A DNA stretch of 64,000 bases from Felis catus (taxonomy: Eukaryota). The position numbers were made by a program, and so were the translations under genes. Positions within the stretch are counted from its first letter, which is position 1. Each line of letters opens with the position of its first letter. The stretch is taken from NCBI RefSeq assembly GCF_018350175.1, contig NC_058383.1:3658001-3722000 (forward strand), read 5' to 3'. A model generated the notes under the pieces. That model was not told the origin of the DNA, did no database searches, and saw only the letters and a list, made by a program, of their open reading frames with translations. Positions 24,771-36,200 of this stretch are shown one piece after another.

Positions 24771-25562
24771 GATGTATGAGCCGGGGCCACAGAGACCCAG
24801 AGACATGGTGGAGGGCTCCGCTCGCCCGGGAGACCAGAGAACCTTCCCGAGATGGCAGCTCAGACTGAGAGTCCACAGGCGGCTCAGGGAAGGGAAAGGC
24901 TTACGTGGAAAGGAAGTGTGTGCAATGTCCGTGGATCTGGCTGGAGCGTGGAATGCTAGGAGAAGGAATACTAGGGATGGGGTTACAACGGGGGGCTTGC
25001 ACCACCCTGCACGCCCTTATGACGAGAGTGTGACGTCGACCGCCCCAAAATCCCTGCAGAAGAACCTGCCATGGAAACCTGAAAATGATTAAAGAAAAAC
25101 TTGACCTGAAATCCGTACAACAATGAGTGAAATCACAACCTTGGAAAATGCTGGAACCTCCGGATGAGACCCGCTCGTTAGGCGCTGCCTGCCGTAGACA
25201 GACCAAGGGTCTCAGAAACAGACAATATCATCCAGACGGACGGGCTCTGCAAGCCCACAAAGGACTGGAAAGAAAAAAGAAGAAAGCAGAAGGATAAAAA
25301 TCTTATAAGTGGGCTGAGATCTCGCAGGCAGAAAAAAAAAAAGAAAAGAAAAAAACCCACCGAAGCGTCACTTGACCAAAATGTAAGCTTCCACGCTCAG
25401 GGCAAGATGTCCCCTGCTCACCCTGTCTCGTGCACGACAGTAACAGCTCCTGGAGAGTGGGCCGGTCAAGTGGCAGGCCTGAGAGTCGAGGGCTTTCCAG
25501 CCTATTCTGAATCACGGGAACCACCTTGGGAATTTTAGCCATCTCACAAATTTTTTTCTCAG

Positions 25563-25960
25563 TGTATCTGTTAGGGTTCAGCCAGCCGAGCAGAGCCACC
25601 CCAAGTGTGACAGGATGGGGGGTGCATTACAGGCGTTGGACACTTACAGACATGTGGGGTAGGCTGGGGAGATGAACACTTAGAGGGCGGAACTGGGAGA
25701 TCCCGGAGAAGTCACTCAGCGTCCCCCTGAAGCACAGGGCGAGCGGCTCCTGGGGGGACGTCAGGAAGCCCAGTACGAGCCACAACCTCAGTGGGCTGCG
25801 CCCGGGAGGGCTGGGGACAGGACCACGAATCCTGTGTGGCTGCCATCCCTCCGGCCAGGCAGCCGAGGGTGTGCAGGTGGTGAGTGTGGAGGGTCCGTAA
25901 CATGGAGCCCCGGGCAGAGCGGAGGCAAGGAGGGCAGTGGGACCCCGGAGCCCCTCGGCT
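25563..25960 (-). mobile_element. ERVL-type LTR fragment
   Basis: tgtatctgttagggttcagccag...gcagagccac start resembles antisense ERVL LTR ends; right boundary uncertain. Confidence 0.4.
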
Positions 25961-26432
25961 CTGTCCATCCCCCTCCGACCTGACCTGCTGTTCCTCTGGG
26001 AACAGCGGCTGTCACTGCTTCCTCATCTGGTCTCCACCACCAAGTCTAGCCAGAAGCGTGAGGGGCTGGGGTCCCCAGGAAGGGCAGTCCTCGGCCCCAG
26101 CCGAGATGAGCAGATAATTGTGCACACACCGTGTATGACGAAGAAGGAATTGTAAGACGAAATACTTCATTTTAGGCACTGTGATTTCACAAGTCTACCT
26201 AAACACAAGTTATTTTGCAACCATATTTATTTCATGAAATCTAGAGAAACAGGTATTTTCCAATAAACTCTGTACAAAAGGCTTGATTTGTTTGCAAAAA
26301 ATTAAAAGTAAACGAGTATGGAAATATAAACTGAAATTCAACTATTCATTACATCCTAAAAATGGACATAAATTGCCTTGATGTTTGAAATTCCTGAATC
26401 TTTACTTTCAAAACAATCAAAGGACTGTTTTT

Positions 26433-26655
26433 TTTTTAATGTTTGTTTATTTTTGAGAGCGAGAGAGGGAGAGAGAGAGAAACAGAGCATGAGTGGGGGG
26501 AGGGGCAGAGAGAGAGGGAGACACAGAACCTGAAGCAGGCTCCAGGCTCCCAGCTGTCAGCACAGAGCCCTATGTGGGGCTCGAACCCACGAGCCATGAG
26601 ATCATGACCTGAGCCGAAGTCCGACGCTTAACTGACCGAGCCACCCAGGTGCCCC
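26433..26655 (-). mobile_element. Carnivore SINE (SINEC_Fc type)
   Basis: Canonical antisense body; degenerate TSD tcaaaggactgttttt / tcaaatgattgttttt. Confidence 0.95.
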
Positions 26656-27409
26656 TCAAATGATTGTTTTTAAATCAGTGTCGTGTTTTACTTTTAAGTG
26701 AAAAGATTAGAGAGAGAGTTTCAGGCCGCCAGGGGTTTGTCACAAGTTGCACATGGCAGGGCAGAGGCCGACGGAATCCAGACCGTGTTCCCCACGGACG
26801 GCACGCAAGTCCAGGCAGCTGACTCCAGGGTTGCACGTCTTTTCGTAATGCCAGTGGTTAACATACAAAGGAAGCTCATTGTGCCATTCTCTATACAACG
26901 TAGCTCGCGGACCTAGTAAAGGGCTGTTGGGCTTCCACCTGAGTCAAATGTAAAGACTCCTTTTTCTACTCTATTTAGCTTATATTTAAAATTCGGGGTT
27001 CCATATGTGTCTCTCCTTTGGACAGTGACCTATTCCGTGTCTGCCCGAAGCAACGGCTGAAGATTAAATGGCTAAAGGCAACCATTTCAAATTGTGTGAT
27101 CGAAAGCCATTTTAAACTCTGCAATGGTCCAACCCACCTCGGTGGCCTGAGTCATTCGTTCCATGAGTGACAGGACAGGTGGAGGAGAGTTGTCGAGATG
27201 GCCACGGTCCTACTCGCTCCGCTGGCCGGGGTGGGGGGGGGGGCTCGCTCAATACGTACCCGAGGGGCCGGTTTCTATCTTGCCCCGCATGGACATGGCA
27301 TAGTCGGACACCAGAAGGAGCAAGAGATTGTGGGCTCCCGGGGAGGGGAGGCGGGAAGACTGGACATCTGGGGCGGCCAGGAACGACCCAGAACGTCAGG
27401 CCACGTTGA

Positions 27410-27560
27410 TGGTGAAGGTCTGTCCCAGTCAAAGCCAGTCCATTAAACCTGGGAGAGGGCTGCTGCTTTAAATACACAGACACCAATGCCAAGCTACAAG
27501 GAACGTGAAGAATTAGGGAAACGTGACACATTCCAAAGAACAAGATAGATCTCAGCTATC
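27410..27560 (+). mobile_element. Old L1 5'/ORF1-start fragment
   Basis: aaagccagtccat.aa.ctgggagagg...acagacaccaa...acaaggaacgtgaagaa.tagggaaacgtgacac. Confidence 0.5.
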
Positions 27561-28087
27561 TGACGATAGAAATCCCCAGGCCAGGACACATGCCCGTCAC
27601 GAAAGGACACCCAGCAAATGGCAGCCGCACGGAAGAACAGAGGGTCGTTCCTGAGTCACTGGGGAAGCTTTTGGTGCAGGGGCCGGATGGCTTCTCACCA
27701 AACAGCATTACCAGCTCGTGTAACTAAAACCTCCAAGGTCGACCTCACCCCAGCCCAGGTGCAACAATGTCCTCAGGCCCAGCCCAGCCCCGCCCCATCG
27801 CTGAGGTCTGGCTGTCACCATGCTGTCTTCTCTATTGGTTGGGATTGTCTTGGTGAATAACAGGAAATGTGACCAACTGTGGCTGCACCTATCAGAAAGA
27901 GTCTTTATAAAGGTCACTTCTGGGAAAGGAGGGCCTTGGCCTGTCCACAACCACAGAAGCTGGATGCCAGCCCTGGAGACACAATCCCCTGGGAGTGAAG
28001 GGTGATTGTTGAGAATCAGCAGTGGAAGTGGGGTGACATTGGGTCACAAGTGGAGGGGAGATTTGTGCTTTATGTAAAACCACAGGA

Positions 28088-28227
28088 AGAAAGAGAGGAA
28101 GGGGAGGGGAGGGGAGGGGAGGGGAGGGGAGGGAAGGGAAGGGAAGGGAAGGGAAGGGAAGGGAAGGGAAGGGAAGGGAAGGAGGGGAGGGGAGGGGAGG
28201 AAGGAAGGAAGGAAGGAAGGAAGGAAG
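28088..28227 (+). repeat. Polypurine (GGGGA)n/(GGGAA)n/(GGAA)n microsatellite
   Basis: Directly visible. Confidence 0.95.
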
Positions 28228-28255
28228 ACATCAATATATAAAAAATGATTGAACA

Positions 28256-28470
28256 GGGGCATCTAGGTGGCTTAGTCATTTGAGTGTCCGACTTCAGCTC
28301 AGGTCATGATCTCGCAGTTGGTGGATTCAAGCCCCACGTCGGGCTCTGTGCTGACGGCTCGGAGCCTGGAGCCTGCTTCGGATTCCGTGTCTCTTTCTCT
28401 CTCTGTCCCTCCCCTGTTCCCTCCCCTGTCCCTCTCTGTCTCTCAAAGATAAATACAGGTTAAAAAAAAA
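28256..28470 (+). mobile_element. Carnivore SINE (SINEC_Fc type)
   Basis: Canonical body; degenerate TSD aaaatgattgaaca / aaaatactgaaca. Confidence 0.93.
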
Positions 28471-28479
28471 ATACTGAAC

Positions 28480-29010
28480 ATATAAAACAACAGCTAATTC
28501 GAATGCGTGACCAAAAATCACTCTCTAAAAAAGTAGTAACAGTGACAAGAATGTGGAGCGTAGCTTTGCTGGACCTCAGCTGGGAGCGTGGAAGTGGTGA
28601 GACTCGGATTTTCCCTATTCCGAGGAGCGTCTACACCATGAGCGTTGATGTGCAGGGTGCAAACAGATTTTAGCAAGCAGGCGAATCCCCAAATTCAGAA
28701 CCTAGGAATGAGAGTGGTCGAGCAAACAAGAAATGGAGCAGCGAATGTGCTAGACTCCGAGCACACGTGTGTGTGTGTGTGCACATGTGTCCACACACAC
28801 AGATGTGCTCACACGCACACACCTATTTAGCCACCTGCACGTAACAAGAGTGTGGAAACGTATAGATACACGAGGACCCGTAAGATCGGTTTCCTCTTTA
28901 GGGAGGAAGTAGGTAGCAGGACACAGGGGCGGAAGGAAGATTTTCCTCACGGATCGTGTTGTATCTTCCGAACTTGGAACCACACAAATGTATTTTCTAT
29001 CTGGAAGATT
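28480..29010 (+). mobile_element. Ancient L1 3' fragments (L1MC4/L1ME type)
   Basis: ttttagcaagcagg.gaa, gaacttggaaccacacaaatgtattttctat. Confidence 0.45.
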
Positions 29011-29528
29011 GCTAATTGATCAACTCTGAAGAGGAAAAAAATCTAATTTTAGGATATACAGAGTTTTGTCGTCTCCATGATTTAAAAATAATTATTGTAC
29101 ATCCACACATTTCATTAAACAAGGTCCTCGCTAAGGCGCTGAGAGCTTCTCTGAAACGCGCAGGAGTCCGTGAAGCATGGCGCCGTTTGGTCAAAACGCG
29201 GAGTAAGGCGTGTGCCTGGGGAGTAAAGGGAGAGGCTCTTCGCCGCAGCTGGGCAGGTAACGGCCACTTGTTGCTAAGGAGGGCCTCCACCTGGGCCGTA
29301 GCCTTGCTGCTGCGGCAGGTGCCGAGGGGGCCAGTGTCACAGGGTCAGTATTTGGGGGGAATCATGAGAAGTACTGCTCGCCCCTTGCAGTCACCCTTTA
29401 AGTCCCAGCCAGCGATCTGAGGGGTTTCGGGCTAAAAGGGCAGATGTGTCCGTGCAAATCCCTGATGACTGCTGGGAAGGAGCCGAGAGGTGTGTCCATG
29501 TGGCCGTGGGACGCGCTGTCCCGGTGGT

Positions 29529-31025
29529 CGGCACTTGGTACCCAGCTCTCGGTAGTCAGTGCTCAGTACCCAGCGCTCAGTGGTCAGCCCTCGGTGGTCA
29601 GAGCTCAGTGGTCAGTGCTCAATACCCAGTGTTCGGTGGTCATTGCTCCGTACCCAGCGCACAGTGGTCAGCGCTCGGTGGTCAGAGCTCGGTAGTCAGT
29701 GCTAAGTACCCAGCGCTCAGTGGTCAGCACTCGGTGGTCAGAGCTCAGTGGTCAGTGCTCAATACCCAGCGCTCGGTGGTCAGTGCTCCGTACCCAGCGC
29801 TCAGTGGTCAGCCCTCGGTGGTCGGCGCTTGGTGGTCAGACCTCGGTAGTCAGTGCTCAGTACCCAGCGCTCAGTGGTCAGCACTCGGTGGTCAGAGCTC
29901 AGTGGTCAGTGCTCGATACCCAGTGCTCGGTGGTCAGCGCTCTGTGGCCAGTGTTCAGTACCCAGCGCTCAGTGGTCAGTGCTCGGTGGTCAGTGCTCAG
30001 TACCCAGCGCTCAGTGGTCAGCGCTCGGTGGTCAGAGCTCAATGGTCAGTGCTCAATACCCAGTGCTCGGTGGTCAGCACTCGGTGGTCAGTGTTCAGTA
30101 CCCAGCGCTCAGTGGTCAGCACTCAGTACCCAGCGCTCAGTGATCAGCGCTCGGTGATCAGAGCTCGGCGGTCAGCAGCCAGTACCCAGTGCTCAGTGGC
30201 CAGCATTCGGTGGTCAGCGCTCAGTACCCAGCGCTCAGTGGTCAGTGCTCGGTGGTCAGAGCTCGGTGGTCAATGCTCAGTACCCAGTGCTCGGTGGTCA
30301 GCACTCGGTGGTCAGTGTTCAGTACCCAGCGCTCGGTGGTCAGTGCTTGGTGGTCAGTGCTCAGTACCCAGCGCTTGGTGGTCAGCGCTCAGTACCCAGC
30401 GCTCAGTGATCAGTGCTCGGTGGTCAGAGCTCAGCGGTCAGCAGCCAGTACCCAGTGCTCAGTGGCCAGCATTCGGTGGTCAGCGCTCAGTACCCAACGC
30501 TCAGTGGTCAGTGCTCGGTGGTCAGAGCTCGGTGGTCAATGCTCAGTACCCAGTGCTCAGTGGTCAGCACTCGGTGGTCAGTGTTCAGTACCCAGCGCTC
30601 GGTGGTCAGTGCTTGGTGGTCAGTGCTCAGTACCCAGCGCTTGGTGGTCAGCGCTCAGTACCCAGCGCTCAGTGATCAGTGCTCGGTGGTCAGAGCTCAG
30701 CGGTCAGCAGCCAGTACCCAGTGCTCAGTGGCCAGCATTCGGTGGTCAGCGCTCAGTACCCAACGCTCAGTGGTCAGTGCTCAGTGGTCAGTGCTCGGTG
30801 GTCAGAGCTCAGTACCCAGTGCTCGGTGGTCAGCACTCGGTGCTCAGAGCTCAGCAGTCAGTGCTCAGTACCCAGTGCTCAGTGGTCAGTGCTTGGTGGT
30901 CAGAGCTTGGTGGTCAATGCTCAATACCCACGCTCGGTGGTCAGCGCTCAGTACCCAGAGCTCAGTAGTCAGTGCTCAGTGGTCAGTGCTCAGTACCCAG
31001 CGCTCAGTGGTCAGCACTCGGTGCC
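29529..31025. repeat. Minisatellite, 14-bp unit CAGNGCTCRGT(GGT|ACC), ~107 copies, with a 266-bp higher-order repeat
   Basis: Units read in register across 1497 bp; the rare unit cagcagccagtacc recurs at 30173, 30439 and 30705. Confidence 0.97.
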
Positions 31026-31395
31026 CAGCTGTGGCTGCCCAGGGTCCACGGCCAGGCACCCGTCCACGTGGTGTCGGTGTGCGGGAAAAGCCCGCGGGCC
31101 CCTTGGGTTTGGGGTGTCCCCTGCCTCGGGCTCTGGCCCCTAAACGATGTTCAGCACTTAAAACGAAGTGAACGACGTTTGTGGAGGGAACACCAAGTGT
31201 AACTGCGCTGGGGAACCACAGACCCCAGAGAGCGCTGAGCCGGGCTCTTGGTGAGAAATTCTCCCCGACGGGCCCCCATTTTACCCACTCGTGTGGGACT
31301 CCGAGGTCCCGGCCTGTTTTCCCCGGGGCGCTCTGGCGCCGTCAGAGTCGATGGTGGCTGCACAGAGACCCCGGGTGCCGGCCTGGGCGGCGGTC

Positions 31396-32282
31396 CAGCT
31401 GACCCCCCGCGGTGCGTGCACCCGGCACTCGGGGGTCCGCGTCCCCACTAAGATTGATTCAAAACCACCCTCGGTGCTCACGGCGCCTCCGTGCTCGCCT
31501 GGGAACACGTGCAGTCCCGCCAGCACAGGGGTCTCCGTCGGTCCGCCGGGGGGGCCTCGCCCGGCCTTTCCTCTGCGGCCAGGGGCCGCTGGGGTCCCTC
31601 TGTGCGTCCCGGGCTCCTCCTGGGACCCCGGTCGGTTTGGGCGGGGGCCCACCCCATGACCTCACATTAACCGAACCGCCTCTTTAGAGGCCTGAGTCCC
31701 GACAGTCAGATCCTGCCGCGCTGGGGTCACCCCTTCCCTTCAGGGCGCGGACCTGCGGAGGGGCCACCGTCCCGCCCCTCACGGTGGCCCGACACACTCG
31801 CTTCTAGCCGAGGCTGGCCGAGGCCACCTCTCTGCCTGCCACGGCTGCTCCCGCGCTGCCGACAAGTGTCCCCTTCACGGGCCGTGGAGCGCACGCACTC
31901 CACCTCTGTGTGCTTTCTGTTGGGCGTTTTGCCATCACAGTGGCCCTCGGGCGCGGCGCGGAGGTGCCGGCTGGTGTCCCCAAGCTCAGGTTGCCGCGAG
32001 CTGCGCGGCCGAGGCGCGGAGAGCTGAGCGCCGTTCAGCCCGGGGTCGTGGTGCTGTCCGTCCTGGGCTCAGCTCCCGCGTCCTCAGCGTATACTGGCCA
32101 AGATGCACCAGCCAGACACAGACGGCACAAAGTCACGTTCTGGCCTGACTGACCGACCCAAGTGTGACCGGGGGCCGGCCGGAACGTAGCCCTGCGTTTC
32201 CCCGCAGAAGTCGCTCCGGAATCCGCCAGCTGGGTGTTCAGTCACTTCATAGGACAGAGCTACGAATAACGAGAACCCCCGA
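31396..32282 (+). mobile_element. MER82, end to end, GC-shifted, interrupted by an MLT1 LTR piece
   Basis: Retains acaagtgtccccttc, tgtgctttctgttgg, gtgtgaccggggg, gccctgcgtttccc and terminal gaataacgagaa; collinear with the reverse complement of 2696-3197. Confidence 0.75.
31515..31785 (-). mobile_element. MaLR LTR fragment (MLT1A/B type), GC-shifted
   Basis: gtccctctgtgcgt...ggaccccggtcgg.ttggg..gggcccaccccatgacctca, parallel to 3441-3540. Confidence 0.65.
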
Positions 32283-32475
32283 AGCTTGGCTCGGCCCATT
32301 CAGTATGAAGGAGACGCCTTGAGCTGCCTTTCGGGTTGTTTAGTTCGTTCATTGCCCGCCCACCCCCCACCCTGGTCCCAGATAATTCTCACCACTCGTA
32401 GCCTGAGTGTCCAGATGTTTGCACAACCTCATTTATGGAGTTTACAAAGGCTTTCCTAAAATCACTAGGTTACAC

Positions 32476-32693
32476 GGGGGGCCTGGGCGGCTCGGTCGGT
32501 TAAACGTCTGACTTCAGGTCAGGTTATGATCTCGCGGTTTGTGGGTTTGAGCCCCACGTCGGGCTCTGTGGTGATGGCTCAGAGCCTGGAGCCTGCTTCG
32601 GATTCTGTGTCTTCCTCTCCCTCTGCCCCTCCCCTGCTTGTACTCTGTGTGTGTCTCTCTCAGAAATAAAATAAACATTAAAAACAAATTTAA
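32476..32693 (+). mobile_element. Carnivore SINE (SINEC_Fc type)
   Basis: Canonical body; TSD aaaatcacta...taca on both sides. Confidence 0.95.
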
Positions 32694-32887
32694 AAAATCA
32701 CTACAGTACAGTTTGTTTCTTTAGAAGAGGGACCACCAAGGAAAGAAAGAATTTAATTACACGTATTTTAGAAACTGTTCCTTGAGTTCATTCTGTTCAT
32801 GCATCAACTCGTCATTCAAATTTGAGCCTTCTATGCTTAGGTATTGTTTCTTACATGTAAAAGAAAGAAAGAGCACGTAATGTAATT

Positions 32888-33978
32888 GAGAAGAAGAAAG
32901 GAAGGGAGGGAGGGAGGAGGGAGGATGGAAGGAAGGAAGGGAGGGAGGGGGGAAGGGAGAGAGGAAGGAAGGAAGGGAGGGAGGGGGGAAGGGAGAGAGG
33001 AAGGAAGGAAGGGAGGGAGGGGGGAAGGGAGAGAGGAAGGAAGGAAGGGAGAGAGGAAGGAAGGAAGGGAGAGAGGAAGGGAGGTGAGGAGGGAGGGAGG
33101 GAGGAAGGAAGGAAGGAATGGAAGATGGAGGGACGGGGGAGGGAAGGAAGAAGGAGGGAAGGAAGGAAGGAAGGAAGGAAGGAAGGAAGGAAGGAAGGGG
33201 AGATGGAGGGACAGGAGAGGGAGGGAGGAAGGAAGGAAGGAAGTTAGGAAGGAGGGAAGAAAGAAGGAAGGGGAGATGGAGGGAGGGAGGGAGGAAGGAA
33301 GGGAGGTGAGGAGGGAGGGGGGAAGGAAGAAGGAAGGGAGGGAGGGAGGGAGGGAAGGAGAGAGGGAGGAAGGAAGGAAGTTAAGGAGGGAAGGAAGGGG
33401 AGATGGATGGAGGGAGGAAGGAAGGAGGGGAGGTGGTGAGGGAGGGAGGAAGGGAGGAGGGAGGGAGGGAAGGAAGTTGGGAAGTTAGGAAGGAAGGAAG
33501 GAAGGAAGGAAGGAAGGAAGGAAGGAAGGAAGGGGAGATGGAGGGACAGGAGAGGGAGGGAGGGAGGAAGGAAGGAAGGAAGGAAGTTAGGAAGGAGGGA
33601 AGAAAGAAGAAGGGGAGATGGAGGGAGGGAGGGAGGGAGGGAGGAAGGGAGGTGAGGAGGGAGGGGGGAAGGAAGAAGGAAGGGAGGGAGGGAGGGAGGG
33701 AGGGAAGGAGAGAGGGAGGAAGGAAGGAAGTTAGGAAGGAGGGAAGGAAGGGGAGATGGACGGAGGGAGGAAGGAAGGAGGGGAGGTGGTGAGGGAGGGA
33801 GGAAGGGAGGAGGGAGGGAGGGAAGGAAGTTGGGAAGTTGGGAAGTTAAGGAAGGAAGGAAGGAAGGAAGGAAGGAAGGAAGGAAGGAAGGAAGGAAGGC
33901 AAGCAAGCGGAGATGGGGGGATGGGGGAGGAAGGGAGGGAGGGAGGAAAGGAAAGGAGAAAGGAGGGAGAGGAAGGGA
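32888..33978 (+). repeat. ~1.1-kb polypurine (GGAA/GGGA) low-complexity tract with an internal ~340-bp duplication
   Basis: Directly visible; the block starting aagttaggaaggagggaagaaagaa occurs at 33241 and 33584. Confidence 0.97.
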
Positions 33979-34140
33979 CTCGATACACAGGAAGTCACCC
34001 ACGACTTAGCCGCACCATGACTGAAGCACTCTGAATAAGGTGTCTCAGGGGCAGCACACCGTTGCCCCAAGCGCTCCAGGCCAGGCTCCTTGAAAGGAAG
34101 AGAACTACCCATCACCCACGACACCTCAGTTGATCAGGAC

Positions 34141-34530
34141 GTCTTAGTTTGGGTTGTCCACAAAGCAGAGCCTGAGACAAGGATTTGGGAACAAGTATTT
34201 CATCTGAGAGCGACCCCAGGGAGCACAGCCAGGGAGTGGGCCAGCGAGACAGACAAGGAGGACGGATAGCCGGTGTGTGAATGTGACGAATGTCCCCTGA
34301 GGCCCTCCGAAAAGCTGTGCACGGCATCCGGAAGTGCCCTCCCGCCAGGAGCAAGGGAGCTGGGGTGCCCACCCACCACCCCGTCTGCACTGGTGGAGGG
34401 CCTCTCCCGGGGCATTAACGTGCGTGGGCCAGGGACACGCCTGTGGCACAAGAATGGACTTGGGCAGGGGACACGGGGAGCTGCTAGTGAGTGTAAGACC
34501 CCCTGGTGGGGTAAGACCCCCGTGGGGACC
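34141..34530 (-). mobile_element. ERVL LTR (LTR16 type)
   Basis: gtcttagtttgggtt...aagcagagcctgagacaaggatttggg..caagta...gaccccagg.agcac...agggagtggg. Confidence 0.8.
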
Positions 34531-34639
34531 CCCTGGTAGGGCCAAGGGGATATGGGTGGGGCACTGATGTCTCCATTTTATGGATGAAAAACGGGAAGCC
34601 ACGTGCTCAAGGTTACCCAACAATAACTGGGAGAGATGG

Positions 34640-35030
34640 TGTAGTAGTTACATTTGCTGTGTAACAAATTATCCCACACCTTAGAAGATATAAGCAGCAA
34701 CACTGATGATGCCCCGTGGTTTCTAAGGATCAGGAATTCAGGAATGGCTTGGCTGGGTGGTCCTGGCTTGGGGTTTCCCGGGAAACTGCAGCCATGCTGT
34801 CAGCCAGGGCTGACGTTATCTGAAGGCTCGATTGGGTTGGAGGATAGGCTATTGGCAGGAGGCCTCAGCTCCTCATCAGATGGGCAGTGTCTTCAATAAC
34901 CCGATGTAGAAAGAAACAAGCCGTCACCTCTGCTGTGTCCTACAGGTCACACGGACCAGCCCAGCACAACACAAGCTGTGAACACCAGGACGGTATCCAT
35001 CAGGGGCCTGCTCGGAGGCTGGCCACCGTA
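34640..35030 (-). mobile_element. MaLR LTR (MLT1F type)
   Basis: ttgctgtgtaacaaattatcc...tcaggaattcaggaatggcttggctgggtggtcctggc...atctgaaggctcga...tgtgaacaccagga. Confidence 0.85.
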
Positions 35031-35811
35031 GACGGGGTTCGAACTCCCCTTTTCCTGTCTTCAGTGACCATATTCCTTTTGTTACACGCGGCCACATTTT
35101 CGTTTTGCAGGACAGGGGAGTATCTTGTAAAGGCAATACTGAAACTCAAATCTGCGTGCTCTGGGAGGCTTTGGTAAGCCGTGATGTCGTGCCCTCCTCC
35201 TTATCCAGCTCCCGGGAAGAATGAGCTCACGCTTGTCAAGCTGGGGTGGTGGGAGCAGGAGTGAGGATACAAGGCAAAGTTGTGAGACCCGCCTGGGATG
35301 GGCTGCGGAGTCCCCTCCCCAGCCCCCATCCCACACCACACTCAGGGCTGGGTCGAGCTGGGCTCCCGTTGAGGGGCTACTGATTTGGGTTCCCTTATGG
35401 GCTGGGCCCCAAGCCGGAGATGGGCTCTAGAGGACCCTGGGGTGCTGGGACGTCACGCTGCCCTCAGACCACTCATGGGCTGCACTCTCTACACTCCTCT
35501 TCCAATAAATTCCGGAAGGACCACCGGGGCTGCGCTCCCCCCACCTCTTCAGCAGAGCTCCAGGCAGGCGAGCGTGAGGCCCTCGAGCCTGGATCACACC
35601 CAGCCTTGTGCACCCAGCACTGGGGGGCCCTCGGGACCCTGCTAGCTGCCGAGGATACAGGCAGCGTGGGTATAAACTTCCAGGGCTCAAAACCACCATG
35701 CAAACAATAAAATACAAGTTTATTTAAAGTGAGCTTTTCTTCAACTTCCATTCCCTCCAGTGAGAGGTTTACTCACAGTGTTGGGCGTCCTCGGTGGTTT
35801 CAGCCTTGGTT

Positions 35812-36200
35812 TTAGGTTTCGATTGCGACGTTAACAAGTCACCCAAAAACTCAAAGGCTTAAAACGAAAACATCTATTTCTTACTTTTTGCAGTTCTCGT
35901 GGGTCACAAAGTCACGAGGGGTCTGGCTGGGCGTTTCTGGCCACAGGTCTCTCATTCCCACATGGCATGTGGGCCGGGAACAGCAGGATGGGGCAGGGCC
36001 CACTCCACACAGTCTCACAGCCTCTCCATGTGGCCTCCTCACCACATGGTGACCTCAGGACAATCAGACTTCCCTGCATGGCTCTGAAGATCGAGCGTTC
36101 CAGCATGCATGGTGGAAGCTGTCCCTTCTTCTGTCAGAGCCCACCCAGATGCAAGAGAGGAGACAGACTCTGCCTCTTCCTGGGCGTTACAAGCTTCCAG
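35812..36200 (-). mobile_element. MaLR LTR (MLT1G/H type)
   Basis: taacaagtcacccaaaaactc...ggcttaaaac...tctccatgtggcctc...acatggtgacctcagg. Confidence 0.7.

Larger units (their letters stand above)
31026..32300. promoter_or_regulatory. CpG-island-like GC-rich block (TE-derived)
   Basis: Visibly high GC and CpG density relative to the window; no gene start identified. Confidence 0.55.

Noticed and set aside
29529..31025. CRISPR-like array
   Set aside because: Units are contiguous with no unique spacers; the context is mammalian with no cas genes
29444..31171. Long ORFs (up to 409 aa) in several plus frames
   Set aside because: Product of a stop-poor 14-bp tandem repeat; the same peptides appear in all three frames and there is no gene context
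32886..34034. G/R/E/K-rich and P/S/L/F-rich ORFs
   Set aside because: Translation of polypurine low-complexity DNA
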